A stretch of 64,000 nt of DNA. Source: Octopus vulgaris (Eukaryota). Under the pieces are notes generated by a model that saw nothing but the letters and a program-made list of their open reading frames with translations, made no database searches and was not told where the DNA came from. The position numbers were made by a program, and so were the translations under genes. This document shows positions 39,603 to 53,441 of this stretch, in pieces (position 1 is the first letter of the stretch; every line of letters begins with the position of its first letter). Location of the stretch: the NCBI GenBank assembly GCA_951406725.2, contig OX597821.1, forward strand, positions 2,604,001 to 2,668,000, written 5' to 3'.

Positions 39603-41390
39603 CATATACATATACATATATATATATATGTATGTATGTATGTATATATAAATTTAACATATATATGCATACAAATATATAGGTACACACATCCAGATAC
39701 ACATTATAAACGTGTGAATGTACGTATGTATGTATGTGTGTGTGTTTGTATGTGTACAGGTGTCTCTATATAATCAGAGAATCCTTCATGCTATCAAATA
39801 TGGAATAACAACATACAACCAGATGAAAATATCCACATGCTCCTGCAATCATATATGCACAAGCCGAAGTGAATCAACACAGAAAAGAAGACTGTTATAT
39901 CATTTAAGAGTCTATCTACTTAGGAGTTATTGTTGAGCCTTCAGGTAGTTCTTAACGACGGTTCTTTAAATGAGCAATCATAGTCTATTCACGACTGACA
40001 GTGGAAAGTAAACTTGCCGGGCATTTTTCATATATCCTAACCAGATCGATAACTTCACACTTCGAAATATGAATGCGATAAAATTTGTCTTGATCAATAG
40101 TTAACAATTAGATTACTTGTAAATCTAGCAACTAAGACGCAACAGTCTTACATATTGAATCCATTTTCATAACAATTTTTACACACTCATACAATCACAC
40201 ATACGCACAAACACATACACACACACACACAGAATTGCACATACTCGCGCACGCACCCATTCACACACATGTATGCATATATATAGAAAAGTCGCTTTTT
40301 CTCGGAGTCTCTCGCTGTATATATATGTGAATGCGTATATATGCGCGTAGAAGGAGGCCTAAACTACGAGTAATGAAGGTGTCAGTTTTAGATTTTACCA
40401 TTTTAAACGCAAATGGATTACTTCCCACTGCACTATGTGTGTAAATGAGTCTATATATACATGCATAGATACCTGCATATACATAGCCACATGCATATAT
40501 ATACACATACACACATACGTATGTACGTATGCATGTATGTATGTATGTATGTATATACATATGCATGTATTTGAGCGTGGTGTGAGAACGTATATGCTTA
40601 TATGTTTAGAGTATACACATATAGATACATATACACACATACAAACATATATATTTATATACATACGTGTGTATATCTAACTATCATATATATGCTTATA
40701 TGCCATATGTATAATTATGTATATAACTACCAGCATACAATAAAGGTCACAGTCTAACATATACACATACACACATAGGCAAATGGTAGCGGTCCCAAAA
40801 TGTTTTGAACCTTTGACCAGTTTGACACAAGATAATTTCTCAAAGAGCAAGGGGGCATGTGCACAACCAAATAAAAATCCATAATATATATTACAATTAT
40901 TAAATATTTAACACATATACATTACATATACTTGCAATGCAAGAACACACTTAAAACTGCAATATTCGATGACATAGAATTAAAAGGTTTAATCTTACAC
41001 CACATACTGGTGTAGGCCCGCTGCCCAATATCTGAGCTCCACTTAAATATGGCTTCAATGCTGGATAGTTTTTCTTCTTAATTCTCTTACACTGTATTGA
41101 CCACATATTACTAGATTGAGAATGGTTTACTTCCAAGTGAGAAGTCAGTTTTGTGTGTTTGTGTTCTTTTGGATGCTTATAGATTGATCGAGGTGGACGT
41201 GTATTTATTTATGTAGATGTTCTTCTTCTAGATGTTATCAGTAAGGGGTTGTCCCAAATGTTGCCTCATTTGATCGGGGTTTCATAACTGGGAGAAATTA
41301 GCACGAGAGAAAATGAAAATAGAGATTTCAGTTACTTAAATTTAGAGCATCGAATCTGTCTGTCTGTCTGTCTGTCTCCCTCTCTCTCTC

Positions 41391-41441
<51 letters not shown>

Positions 41442-41446
41442 AAGAG

Positions 41447-41784
41447 ATGGAGGTGGAAATAGCACAGAAGTACGTCTAAGGCTTTTCAATTGAAGAATAA
41501 ATTGAATAAAAGTTACATAAAGAAGATATTACCGGTTTCACTGTATCTCATCTTAACAAATATCAGTAAACATTTATAAAAGTCTAATGTAAAAACAGTT
41601 TATCTTCTGCCCCGGGGTCAAGAGCATGCCTGAAGACTCCCTGACAAAAGGCAAACTGTTTTTACTTCAAATTTTTATAATTTTTTTTATTAATATTTGA
41701 TAAGATGAGATACATTGAAACCGGTAATATCTTCTTTATATAATATATCTCGTAGACTTAGCTATGTGCTATTTCCACCTCCAT
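41447..41784 (+). mobile_element. Fold-back element, probably Penelope-derived
   Basis: Inverted arms (20-bp perfect atggaggtggaaatagcaca ends; 41518-41570 vs 41686-41738; 41589-41601 vs 41653-41665); (TA)n both sides; CTGAAGA at 41630 and GAAA ccgg TA at 41717. Confidence 0.7.
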
Positions 41785-41786
41785 GT

Positions 41787-41821
<35 letters not shown>

Positions 41822-41959
41822 GTGTGTATATAAATATAAATATATAAATATATATATGTGTGTGTGTCTATGCATATATATATATATATATACTATACAT
41901 ATATATATGTAAATATATATATATATAAATATATATGCGTGTGTGTGTGTGTGTGTGTG

Positions 41960-42075
41960 TGCTTGAGTCTGTTTTTGTCCATACATCCGTGCTCGACAAC
42001 CTGTGTTGGAGGGTTTACGCCCTGAAAACATCAGCGTTTCGGCAAAGGAAACCGATAGAATAAGTACCAGGCTTT
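41960..42075 (+). mobile_element. 3' half of family-A SINE
   Basis: gacaacc...ggcaaaggaaaccgatagaataagtaccaggc. Confidence 0.6.
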
Positions 42076-42357
42076 TAAAAATCACAGATGTATTAGATAC
42101 ATTTGTCAAACAAAAGGGATAAAGGACATATAATTAGATTGTTTCATGTTGAACGTGATTATCTGTTAAGTAGAGTTTCTGGGATGTAATTAGTGAGTGG
42201 TTACCCCTTTAATATACTAATAAATTAATATTCTTCTATGCAAATGTTTGCATTTAGTCACACAATTCAGGCGGATTTGTTAACGGCATCAGATATTTAC
42301 AATTGCAATATCAGTAGAAATATTACATTCAGTAAAGTAATAATATTAAAATGATAT

Positions 42358-43308
42358 GGCGGGGAACTGGCCGAAACGTTAGCACGCCGGGCGAAATGCT
42401 CAGCGGTATTTCGTCTGCTGTTACGTTCTGAGTTCAAATTCCGCCGAGGTCGACTTTGCCTTTCATCCTTTCGGGATCGATTAAATAAGTACCAGTTGCG
42501 CACTGTGGTCGATATAATCGACTTAATCCGTTTGCCAGTCCTTGTTTGTCCCCTCTATGTTTAGCCCCTTGTGGGTAGTAAAGAAATAGGTATTTAGTCT
42601 GCCGCTACGTTCTGAGATCAAATTCCGCAGAGGTCGACTTTGCCTTTCATCCTTTCGGGGTCGATAAATTAAGTACAGTTACTCACTGGGGTCGATATAA
42701 TCGACTTAATACGTTTGTCTGTCCTTGTTTGCCCTCTCTGTGTTTAGCCCCTTGTGGGTAGTAAAGAAATGGGTATTTAGTCTGCCGCTACGTTCTGAGA
42801 TCAAATTCCGCAGAGGTCGACTTTGCCTTTCATCCTTTCGGGGTCGATAAATTAAGTACAGTTACTCACTGGGGTTGATATTATCGACTTAATACGTTTG
42901 TCTGTTCTTGTTTGTCCTCTCTGTGTTTAGCCCCTTGTGGGTAGTAAAGAAATGGGTATTTAGTCTGCCGCTACGTTCTGAGATCAAATTCCGCAGAGGT
43001 CGACTTTGCCTTTCATCCTTTCGGGGTCGATAAATTAAGTACAGTCACTCACTGGGGTCAATATAATCGACTTAATCCGTTTGTCTGTCCTTGTTTGTCT
43101 CCTCTACGTTTAGCCCCTTGTGGGTAGTAAAGAAATAGGTATTTAGTCTGCCGTTACATTCTCGGTTTAAATTCCACCGTGTTCGACTTTGCTTTTCTCC
43201 CTTTCGGGATCGATAAATTAACTACCAGTTACGCACTGGGGTCGATCTAATCGACTGGCCGCCTCCCACAAAATTTCGGGTGTTGTGCCTGGAGCAGAAA
43301 AGAATATT
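42358..43308 (+). mobile_element. Family-B SINE expanded to five ~183-bp internal units
   Basis: tRNA head at 42358; units start 42405, 42589, 42772, 42955, 43138; normal tail at the end. Confidence 0.92.
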
Positions 43309-43802
43309 AGTAGTAATATTATTTATGCATGCCTTTGCACTAAAGTAATATATTCCAATGATAGCGCGGCTAAAATGAGAAGAGAACTAAATCTGTGCTT
43401 GTAGGAAAAAATGAGCAGGCAGATGGAAGAGGTGATACTGGGGGGAAGGGTTTAGCGGTTTATTAATGAGGAAACCAAAGACCAAGTGTGAAAGATGTTA
43501 GAATAGAGCAATGAAGAGAAAATTGGGAAACTGAAAAATGAAGAATGAAAAATGAAAATCGAAACGAGAAAAATGTTAAAATACTATCTGAAAGAGAAAG
43601 AAAAGATTAAAACGTTAGAAAATGTAATTAAAATGAATATGGAAATGAAAATAAAAAAGACGATGTGAAACAAAGGTATTAGTCTAAATATATTTATATG
43701 AAAAGTGATCAATCAGGAGGTTGAGAAAACCCCGAAATATATGTTTTTTCGTATTTTCAAAAGTTTAGAAAGTTTAAGGGTTTAAAATGTCTGGAGATTA
43801 TT

Positions 43803-43926
43803 TAGAGATAGATAGGTAGAGAGATAGATAAATAGATAGACAGATGGCTAGCGAGAGAGATAAAGATGAATGGATAGATACATAGATAGACATACACATA
43901 TATAGATAGATAGATAGCTAGATAGC

Positions 43927-43998
<72 letters not shown>
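43803..43998. repeat. (GATA)n microsatellite
   Basis: Tetranucleotide run. Confidence 0.95.
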
Positions 43999-44329
43999 GG
44001 GGACCGACTTTTGGCGTGTGGTTTATGTGATACAGTCCCACATTTGTTTCGCTACTCATATATATATATATGTGTATATATGAAAATTAGGTGTTGAAAA
44101 TGCACCTGGATTTGGAAAACTTCTAATTGCTTTTAAATAAATTAATTTACATACATACCAAACTAGTTTGAACAATATATTTTTTTGGTTTATCAATGGT
44201 AAACATTTTAAATAGGGAAGTAGAAATACATGTTTAAAAGATTCAATGCCTACAGAATCCTATAAAATCAAATACAATTCAAAACGGGATCATCTTGTTT
44301 AAATACACAAAATTCAGTAGTCTTAGAAG

Positions 44330-45131
44330 AGGTGGATCAGTAATGTGGATCACCAAAGTTTCTGTCATATTGAGTTAAGAGGGAGATAAACAAGGGAGAA
44401 ATGGAGATAATAATTAAAAAAAAAAGGTTTCTGTGATTCTTTGTCCGTCGTTTGCAGGGATTTGTAACGGTCTCTTTTTGAATCCAGTGTATTTATACTT
44501 TTTTTTCCGTGAATGGATTTGATTTCTGATTCGTTAATGAGCTGATGAGTCTTATTTTTCTGGTGGTCAAGTTTCTCGTTCTGCCTAGTTGGCCTCCCTG
44601 TGGGGAACGGTCATCAGCCGTTCCAGTTGGATGATTCTCTTAAAGGGTCATTTTGGTGTATTTGCTGAAGTTCGGTTTTAATCGGAGTTACAATTTCATT
44701 GGCCTAGAGTTAGGTGACGTCAGCAACTGGTGTTTGCATACTGTTATTGTATGGTGATTTGGAGTTGTGGTTTCGAAACCCGAGTGGTAAACTGCTACTA
44801 AGGTTTTATTGAATTATCTCTGTTGTATCTGATTGGTTTTTGTGGAGAAATTGGGTCTTTTTTTCCATTCTCTTTTTAGTGATTTTTTCTTCTTTCTAAA
44901 GGGCATTCAGCAGTTTCGCATTTCCGGTTTATGTTTGTTACTTCGGGCTTATGTTTGCAGGACATTAGTCTGGATGTTCTCGTGGCATTGATCTAGATGT
45001 TTGAGTACGGGAATTTTCCTGGTCGTGGGGTCCCGAATTCTACGCTTGTGTACCGTTGGTGTATCCCGCAAGGTCAAAGTAGTTTGATTTATGCAGTCAC
45101 CATCACCCCCATCATATTTGAAGACATACAT
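44330..45131 (-). mobile_element. Penelope-like 3' fragment (GIY-YIG end + 3' region)
   Basis: ORF 44949-45131 YVFKY.G....CINQT..TLR....VHKRRIRDPTTRKIPV.KHLDQC resembles PLE GIY-YIG; same-strand hammerhead remnant downstream. Confidence 0.7.
44563..44620 (-). ncRNA. Degenerate hammerhead motif in PLE 3' region
   Basis: Minus: cgg CTGATGA c cgttc ...23 nt... gaacg a GAAA cttg ac; cleavage triplet appears mutated. Confidence 0.5.
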
Positions 45132-46256
45132 TGAGAGAGAGAGAGAGAGAGAGAGAGAGTAAGAGGGAGAATATACATCGAAAGAGAGAGAGAAAGAAAT
45201 AGACAGACAGATAGATACACTGTGTGATTCTAAATGTCCCTTCTTTTCTCCATAGAATAATATGCGTCTAATAAGCTACAAAGTTTATCAATGTATATTA
45301 TTACCAATCAGATTATATACGTTGACATTGGTGGTTATTCTATCACATAATTTCCAAATTTATATACATTTTCTTGTACCTAGCTGACAGCGGATATAGG
45401 TTATATATGTGTGTGTATGCATATATACACGTATATATATATATATATGCATGTGTATGTGCATATATGCATGCACACACACACGTGCATATATCCAAGT
45501 ATGATTGTATACATATGTCATATGTGTGTATAATTTTAAATATATATGAATACGCTATGTGTACGAGTGTATAGACTCGTATTAGCGTCACTTCATTGGG
45601 TACTTTTCGTCATCCCTTTCCCTTTCTTTTTTACCCTGATTTCCCCACCTCTTTTATGACACATATCATTTTATGCTTTAATGACGCATATCATTTCTCC
45701 CAAGAAATAAATATCCCAATTTTTCAGAGCCGGCTTCCCCTCATCGGTGCAAGATGGACATTTATCGTATTGGAATCTGCTGTAGCCCCATTATAATTTA
45801 GCATATGCAGATAACTAAATGAAATTAAACCACAGTCTATCATGCTAGGTTAATCTGTGAGTAGGACGCAATAATGGCTATTAACCAATTTCATTTACAC
45901 ATCTCTTTTTCGGTACTTAAAGTGTACCTCTTTCAGCAAAATGGCAGCACAAAAAGGAAGAAAACGGACAAGACAATTAGGAAACATTCATAATGCTACA
46001 CAATATTTTAATATTCGACTAATTCCTTCATTCCTTTAACTTACAGACTTGGTTATAGTACAATAAGAAATATTTTCCCTTTAGAACTGGGGGTGTATAT
46101 CATGTCATCTTATAGAAGTTTTTGCTGAATCTCGATATGAGACGGCGTTCATTTAGTGAATTGGTTTATAAACTTTATTCACCAATTATTGAGGCATTTG
46201 TATATGCTTTAACCACGATCGCTTGACTGACCATGTCACATTATAGACATACTTAC

Positions 46257-46320
<64 letters not shown>

Positions 46321-46324
<4 letters not shown>

Positions 46325-47189
46325 CTGAGGGCTTCGAATGTCCCGTCCTGTGGTTCTTGTGTCGTCTCATTGGTGTTTCATGTTCTTGTCCATGTCTGTA
46401 ATTATTTTTACTGTTTACATATATAATCGGCGGCTACGTATCCACAATTGTCCTTATACGATAAGTATATTTTTTCTCTAGCATTGATACGACTCTTGAT
46501 CTGTCTCTTTCTCTCTCTCTCTCCTCCCCTATTCCCCTTCCTTTCTTTCCCTCTCCATCCGTCTTTCCCCCCCTTCTACGTTTCTCTATCTCTCTCACCT
46601 CCAGTCCCCTCGATCTGTCTCTTTCTTCTCCTCCCTCGTCCACCTTCTCTCTCTTTTCATCTGTCCCTTTCTCCAGTCTTTTGTTCTCACGTGACCGCTA
46701 GCCACTGTTGAGCGCCCTTTTTCGTTCCAGCAGTCGCCGAAGCAACACGTATTTGTTCGTCTCCCTGCAGCCATTAGGCACAACTTCATAAGCCAGCCCT
46801 AAACTCAACTCGTCCTGTCGAAAGACCCTTGTCCTACGTCCTGGTTTTGTTTTGTTGTTTTTTATTTTTACCGTTATTGTTTTTACGTTTAAGTATTCTT
46901 ATTGGTGTCACGTATTCTGTATTTTTGTTCGTGTACTTCGTTCGTTTTCCGTCCTCGTGTTGTATACATTCGAAGCTTTCTTCCAGGGGATCTAATGCGC
47001 TTGGCTTAGATTTCCCTTGGCGGGCTGCCCAAATCGGAGCAATCTCAAGATTAATCAGCCGAAATTGCTAAGATGATCTGATTCTTGACTGATGACTGAG
47101 GGCTTCGAATGTCCCGTCCTGTGGTTCTTGTGTCGTCTCATTGGTGTTTCATGTTCTTGTCCATGTCTGTAATTATTTTTACTGTTTAC

Positions 47190-47196
<7 letters not shown>
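46321..47196 (+). mobile_element. Non-coding element with perfect 105-bp terminal direct repeats (partial tandem of a 771-bp unit)
   Basis: 46321-46425 identical to 47092-47196; (TA)n on both sides; structured domain 46966-47112. Confidence 0.85.
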
Positions 47197-47226
<30 letters not shown>

Positions 47227-47229
47227 TAT

Positions 47230-47544
47230 CACTGTGATTACCGTGATTACCGTGACTGACCAGGCTATCAGATGTTGCTACACATTACTGGTCGCAATGC
47301 GCTTCGCATTGTCTTAGCCTTCAAATGACGCCACCCCGCTGGCTAAGCGAGCCGGCCAACAGAAGAAAGAGTGAGAAAAAGTTGTGGTGAGAGAGTACAG
47401 CAGGGATCACCACCAACCCCTGCCAGAGCCTTGTAGAGCTTTAGGTGTTTCGCTCAATAAACACTCACAACATCCGGACCGGGAATCGAAACCGCGATCC
47501 TACAACCGCGAGTCCACTGCCCTAATCCCTGGGCCATTGCGCCT

Positions 47545-47546
<2 letters not shown>
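47230..47546 (-). mobile_element. tRNA-derived SINE, family C
   Basis: Minus: ggaggcgcaatggcccagggattaggg (A box)...ggtttcgattcccgg (B box); short tandem tail (ccgtgatta). Confidence 0.8.
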
Positions 47547-47604
<58 letters not shown>

Positions 47605-47973
47605 GTTGGTGCGTGTGTGTGTGGTTATGCGTGTATGTATGTGTGCTTGTGTGTAAAAACCAATCACACAATTCGATAAATAGACAAGGATAGTAAGAGA
47701 GAGAGAGAGAGTGAGAGAGAGAGAAAGAAGGACAGAGAGATAATGAATGGAGAAGGAGTAAAAAACAAGTGTCTTAAACATGAAATTGATTGATAACAAA
47801 ACGAAATTTTCCTCGACAGGGTCGCTAAGTGCTGATGTTAAGTTTCTCTAAAATGAACGAACCAACTTTACATTCTCACATAAAACTCAAACGTGTACTT
47901 GTAGGATTCAGGTATATTTTTGTAACATTTAGCCAGTCATTTCTATTTAAGTATTTGAATCAGATAGACTACT

Positions 47974-48307
47974 GAGACCCCGGTCGTCCATGACTGACCA
48001 TAGGATTCCACCTAGAAAGTTACCTTCCCAGGCACAAGTCCGGGCAAGGTTGTTTATGGAAGACTAGCAGTCACCCATGCATACTGGTCTCTCCTCTCCA
48101 CGACACCGATGTTATCCAAGGGAAAGGTAACAACGGATACAGCTTGGCACCTGTGACGTCGCAACTCATTTCTACAGCTGAGTGAACTGGTGCAACGTGA
48201 AATAAAGTGTCTCGCTCAAGAACACAACACGCAGCCCGGTTCGGGATTCGAACTCACAACCTCCGATCGTAAGCTCGACGCTCTAACTACTGAGCCATGT
48301 GCCTTCA
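47974..48307 (-). mobile_element. tRNA-derived SINE, family D
   Basis: Minus: tggctcagtagttagagcg (A box), gagttcgaatccc (B box), ttcttgagcgagacacttt...cactcagctgtagaaatg body. Confidence 0.85.
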
Positions 48308-48930
48308 CTCAGATAGACTAGTTTCCTGTCAAATAACTGAATATAATATGTCGTGAAAATTTATAAATTTCCCGGGACAAATAAGCGTATATATTTCAAT
48401 ATATGTAACTTGAAATGCAGTTTGACTTGATTTCATATTAAATTATAACAATCTGCCCCACGTTAGCGATCTAAACGTAGTTTCTTATGCACGATCAAGT
48501 TTTAGTTCTTAATTCATTCATGATGTTCTTTCAGGAACGACACATTAATCCTTGTATGAATATATAAGATATATTTATTGATGCAGTTTCTAGTGAAATA
48601 AAGTGTATATTAATACAAAGGAATTCAATTGCATTGAATTTGCCCTATGTTTATAAGACATGATTTTGTAGTCTAGAGTGTATATAGATTGTGGATGAAA
48701 TCAAGTTTTTCTCTACTCTGCAATTTCTTATCTGATTACGTTACAAAATGCAGCTCTCAACAGACAGCATCTTCACCGTTACACAGTAAAGTCCCGATAT
48801 ATTTACTGCATTTTTATATAATACATCGTCTTCCTGTTTCCGCACTCATGCGTACATATATGTATGAACGTACAAAACTTCGAAATATAGGTAGATACAC
48901 ACACACACATATATATATATATATATGTAT

Positions 48931-48996
<66 letters not shown>

Positions 48997-49033
48997 ATAT
49001 ATACATACACGTATCTTTGAAAGTATTATACGT

Positions 49034-49070
<37 letters not shown>

Positions 49071-49214
49071 TCTTGAGATGAAGGGCATTTAATTATATGA
49101 AATGTAAATTGAATTTCCTCCTCAAATATCTCATATAGAGTATTCATTAGCCAGCGTGTGTGGGTGTCTCAGTAGTGTGGTGTGAAGGAGTGGAAGATCG
49201 TCAAAGAAACGGAG

Positions 49215-49282
<68 letters not shown>

Positions 49283-50635
49283 TGTGTGAGAGATGGAGAC
49301 AAGGGTAGCACGAATGTGAGTGTGTGTGTGTGTGTGTGTGTGCAAATGTAGTGTAGTGGTTGAAATGATTGTTGTTCAAAACCATACATCACAATTGATT
49401 TTAAACACAATTGATTCAAAACAACGGCTGACATTTAAACGACAAGTTCATTTAAGAGAAGCGACAGCGACAGATGTCACTGACTTCGGGAACAACAGAT
49501 TTTGTCAATTAAAATTATTATTCAATTGAATATATGTCAAATAATACTACGCCTTATGCCAGTGAGATTTAATCAGTATATTAAAGGGTTGGGGAGATGT
49601 CGTTGTTTTTGAATGAAAAATCCCACTTGTTAAGATATTTCACGTATCTATTTTGGTAGTTATCGATATTAAGTTCAATTCCCACTCGAGAAAAATATAA
49701 TTTTGGAGTTGTTTCTTTTATTTTATCATTGAAATGACTATATTTCAATATTTATCACATGTCGATATAATCGGACTCTATTTCTCTGAGGGATAGATGT
49801 TTAAATAAGGTCTAGACAAAAGGAAAGTATAAAAGAATAGCGAAGAAATAGAGGGAGAATGAGAGTAAAATGTTGGAGAGAACGAATAAGAAATAGACAA
49901 AGGACTAGAGCTAAATAATAGACGGATAGAATTATAAGACGAATTAAAAGAAGGGGAAATAGAGATGAACCGAGAAATTTTCGAACGAAATGGAATGCAG
50001 AAACACATATACCTGGGCCCAGAATGCTATTATTGTCTTGTAAATGACATAGCCAAAGGCTTCGCAGAACCGTATTTAAAATAACTCGCAGATCGCTAGT
50101 TAGATTATTAGTGAGACTGACAAGCATCCAAAATGTAAGCTTATAAAATGATGGAAACAATAATTCGTGTTATTGGCTTGCATAGAGTTGCAGGATTTAC
50201 AAAATGACGATGTTACGATGAATAATTCTAACAGCATAGATCTTAATTTTCAGATGTACCAACATGGAAATAGAATGAAATGTTTTGCAGTTTGGTGAAC
50301 AAAGATCCAAGTATAGTTGGACATTACACAGACATTGCTGCTGCATAACCAGCACTGCATACCTTTATGGGCAAGGCATCGAACCGCAATAGTCTTTTGC
50401 CATGCACCGTGCACGATCCACTGTCACCTGACTTAATATTCTCTTCATATACCATAAGCTCACCACATGAAATCTCTAATTCACGATCCAAAGTTAATAT
50501 CTTTTATTTTCTTCAATCTCGTAACACTACCAAGTACCTCTTTCATGGACACCCACCCCATATTTCATATATATATATAAAATTTACTTCGAAAAACATG
50601 CGTGGCGTTCAATCATATAATAATATAAATAATGT

Positions 50636-50757
<122 letters not shown>

Positions 50758-50915
50758 GTATACGTACATACTTACATGTATACATATATACATATGCATA
50801 TGTGGGCACAGGACGTCACGAAACCTAAACAATAAAATGTACGAAGTACGGAGACATGGAATATGAACATTTTTTGCAAGCAGCGAAAACAAGACAAACT
50901 AGACAAGCATTTCGC

Positions 50916-51640
<725 letters not shown>

Positions 51641-51899
51641 CTCGTGTACTTGAATGTGTGTATATGTGTATACACACATACACATACACGCACACACACT
51701 CAGACACGCACACCGGCTCATACAGGCACACACATATGTATAGAGAATCACATGTACAGTGCAGGAACATGTAACTATTCTTTGCTGTCTGTGAGATCTA
51801 CAGCGACATGTTATCTCATTTACCATTGCCTTAGAAACACGAAACCGTACTAATAATATTGTAATGTATAAAGATGAATGGAAAAACAGACAACAGTAT

Positions 51900-52320
51900 T
51901 TAATAATAATGATAATAATAATAATAAAAATGATACAATAACAACAGGAACAGCAATGTCAACAGCAACAACAACAATAACTACAGTAAAAATAATCATG
52001 AAAATGATGATAGTGATGATGAAGATGAGGATGATGATGGTGATTGTGATGGTGACGACGACGACGATGATGATCGCGCTGATGATGTTGACGATGATGA
52101 TGATGATGATGATGGTGGTGGTGATGAGGATGGTGATGAGGATGATAGAGATGGTCATGATGAGACGATGATGATGATAACGCTGATGATGATAACGCTG
52201 ATGGTGTTGATAATGATGATAGTGATGTTGACAACGACGACGTCGATGATGATAATGCCGCTGCTGCTGCTGCTGCTGGTGATGATGATGATCATGATGA
52301 TGATGATGATAATGATAAAG
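51900..52320. repeat. (AAT)/(GAT)n degenerate trinucleotide region
   Basis: Low-complexity trinucleotide runs. Confidence 0.9.
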
Positions 52321-52715
52321 AGGAGAAATAAATAACAGTAAGAAATGAATGAAAATAAAAATATATAATTAACAACATTTCTGAAACAAAAGATCTTCGA
52401 TGACTGTAGGAAGGTAAAAAGATAACAAACATACATAAATAAATAAATATAAAGGACAAAAAGAAGAAATTATAAAACAAAGAAAATAAAATAAGCGAAT
52501 GAATGAAAGAAAGAAGAAACGAAGAAATGATTGAATAATAACTAGAGTTTCCTGATTGTACATTAAACACAATGTTATTTCGTAAAACACGAATCAATAT
52601 GAAGCAAAGCAAAAGACATCATTGTAGCGTTTGATAAAGACTCGTATCCTCCAGTAATATGCGTTAGTGTTCTAGTTTTGCTTGTGTCATAGTTTGATTG
52701 ATTTTTAAATTACAG

Positions 52716-52874
52716 CAGAAAAGAAAAACACATATTTGATTATTACGAGCGTGGCCTCAGACGGCAACGTACGGAATAACACCCCCAGCACCTACACCAT
52801 ATCAAGTAGCATCAGAGTGAGCTGTAGCATCAACGGTAGTAGTAGTAGCAGCAGCAGCAGCAGCAGCAGCAGCC

Positions 52875-52946
<72 letters not shown>

Positions 52947-53020
52947 ACAGCAGCAGCACTAGAAACAATACGATCACCACCGGCAGCCTCATTCGTCCAG
53001 ATGACGAAGTGTATCTATGA
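52716..53020 (+). CDS. Candidate terminal coding exon with poly-Ser tract (unknown protein)
   Basis: Acceptor-like atttttaaattacag(cag); open frame EKKNTYLIITSVASDGNVRNNTPSTY...poly-S...RNNTITTGSLIRPDDEVYL*; GC-richer than flanks; no upstream exon found. Confidence 0.3.
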
Positions 53021-53174
53021 AGCAAAACGGATCAGATGAAGATGAATTGATAATAAATGAGATAAAGTCAGCTTATAAAAGATAAATGATTTCTACAAAT
53101 TAGTTACGTCATACACACACACGCACACATACATAAATTCTCACGTACATATATACGTGTATGTATACATATTT

Positions 53175-53245
<71 letters not shown>

Positions 53246-53382
53246 GTGTCTGTGTGTCTGTGTGTGTGTCTGTGTATATGTATATATATATAAGTGTGTG
53301 TGTGTGTATGTATATGTATATGTATGTATATATATATATATGGACACAGGCACACATAGAAATTCACACATATATATATGTG

Positions 53383-53441
<59 letters not shown>

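Noticed and set aside
42405-43308. CRISPR-like regular array
   Set aside because: Whole 183-bp units repeat with no unique spacers; units are SINE body; eukaryotic context with no cas genes
48235-48307. tRNA gene (also heads at 47546, 42358, 29965)
   Set aside because: A and B boxes present but they run into SINE bodies and lack a full acceptor stem
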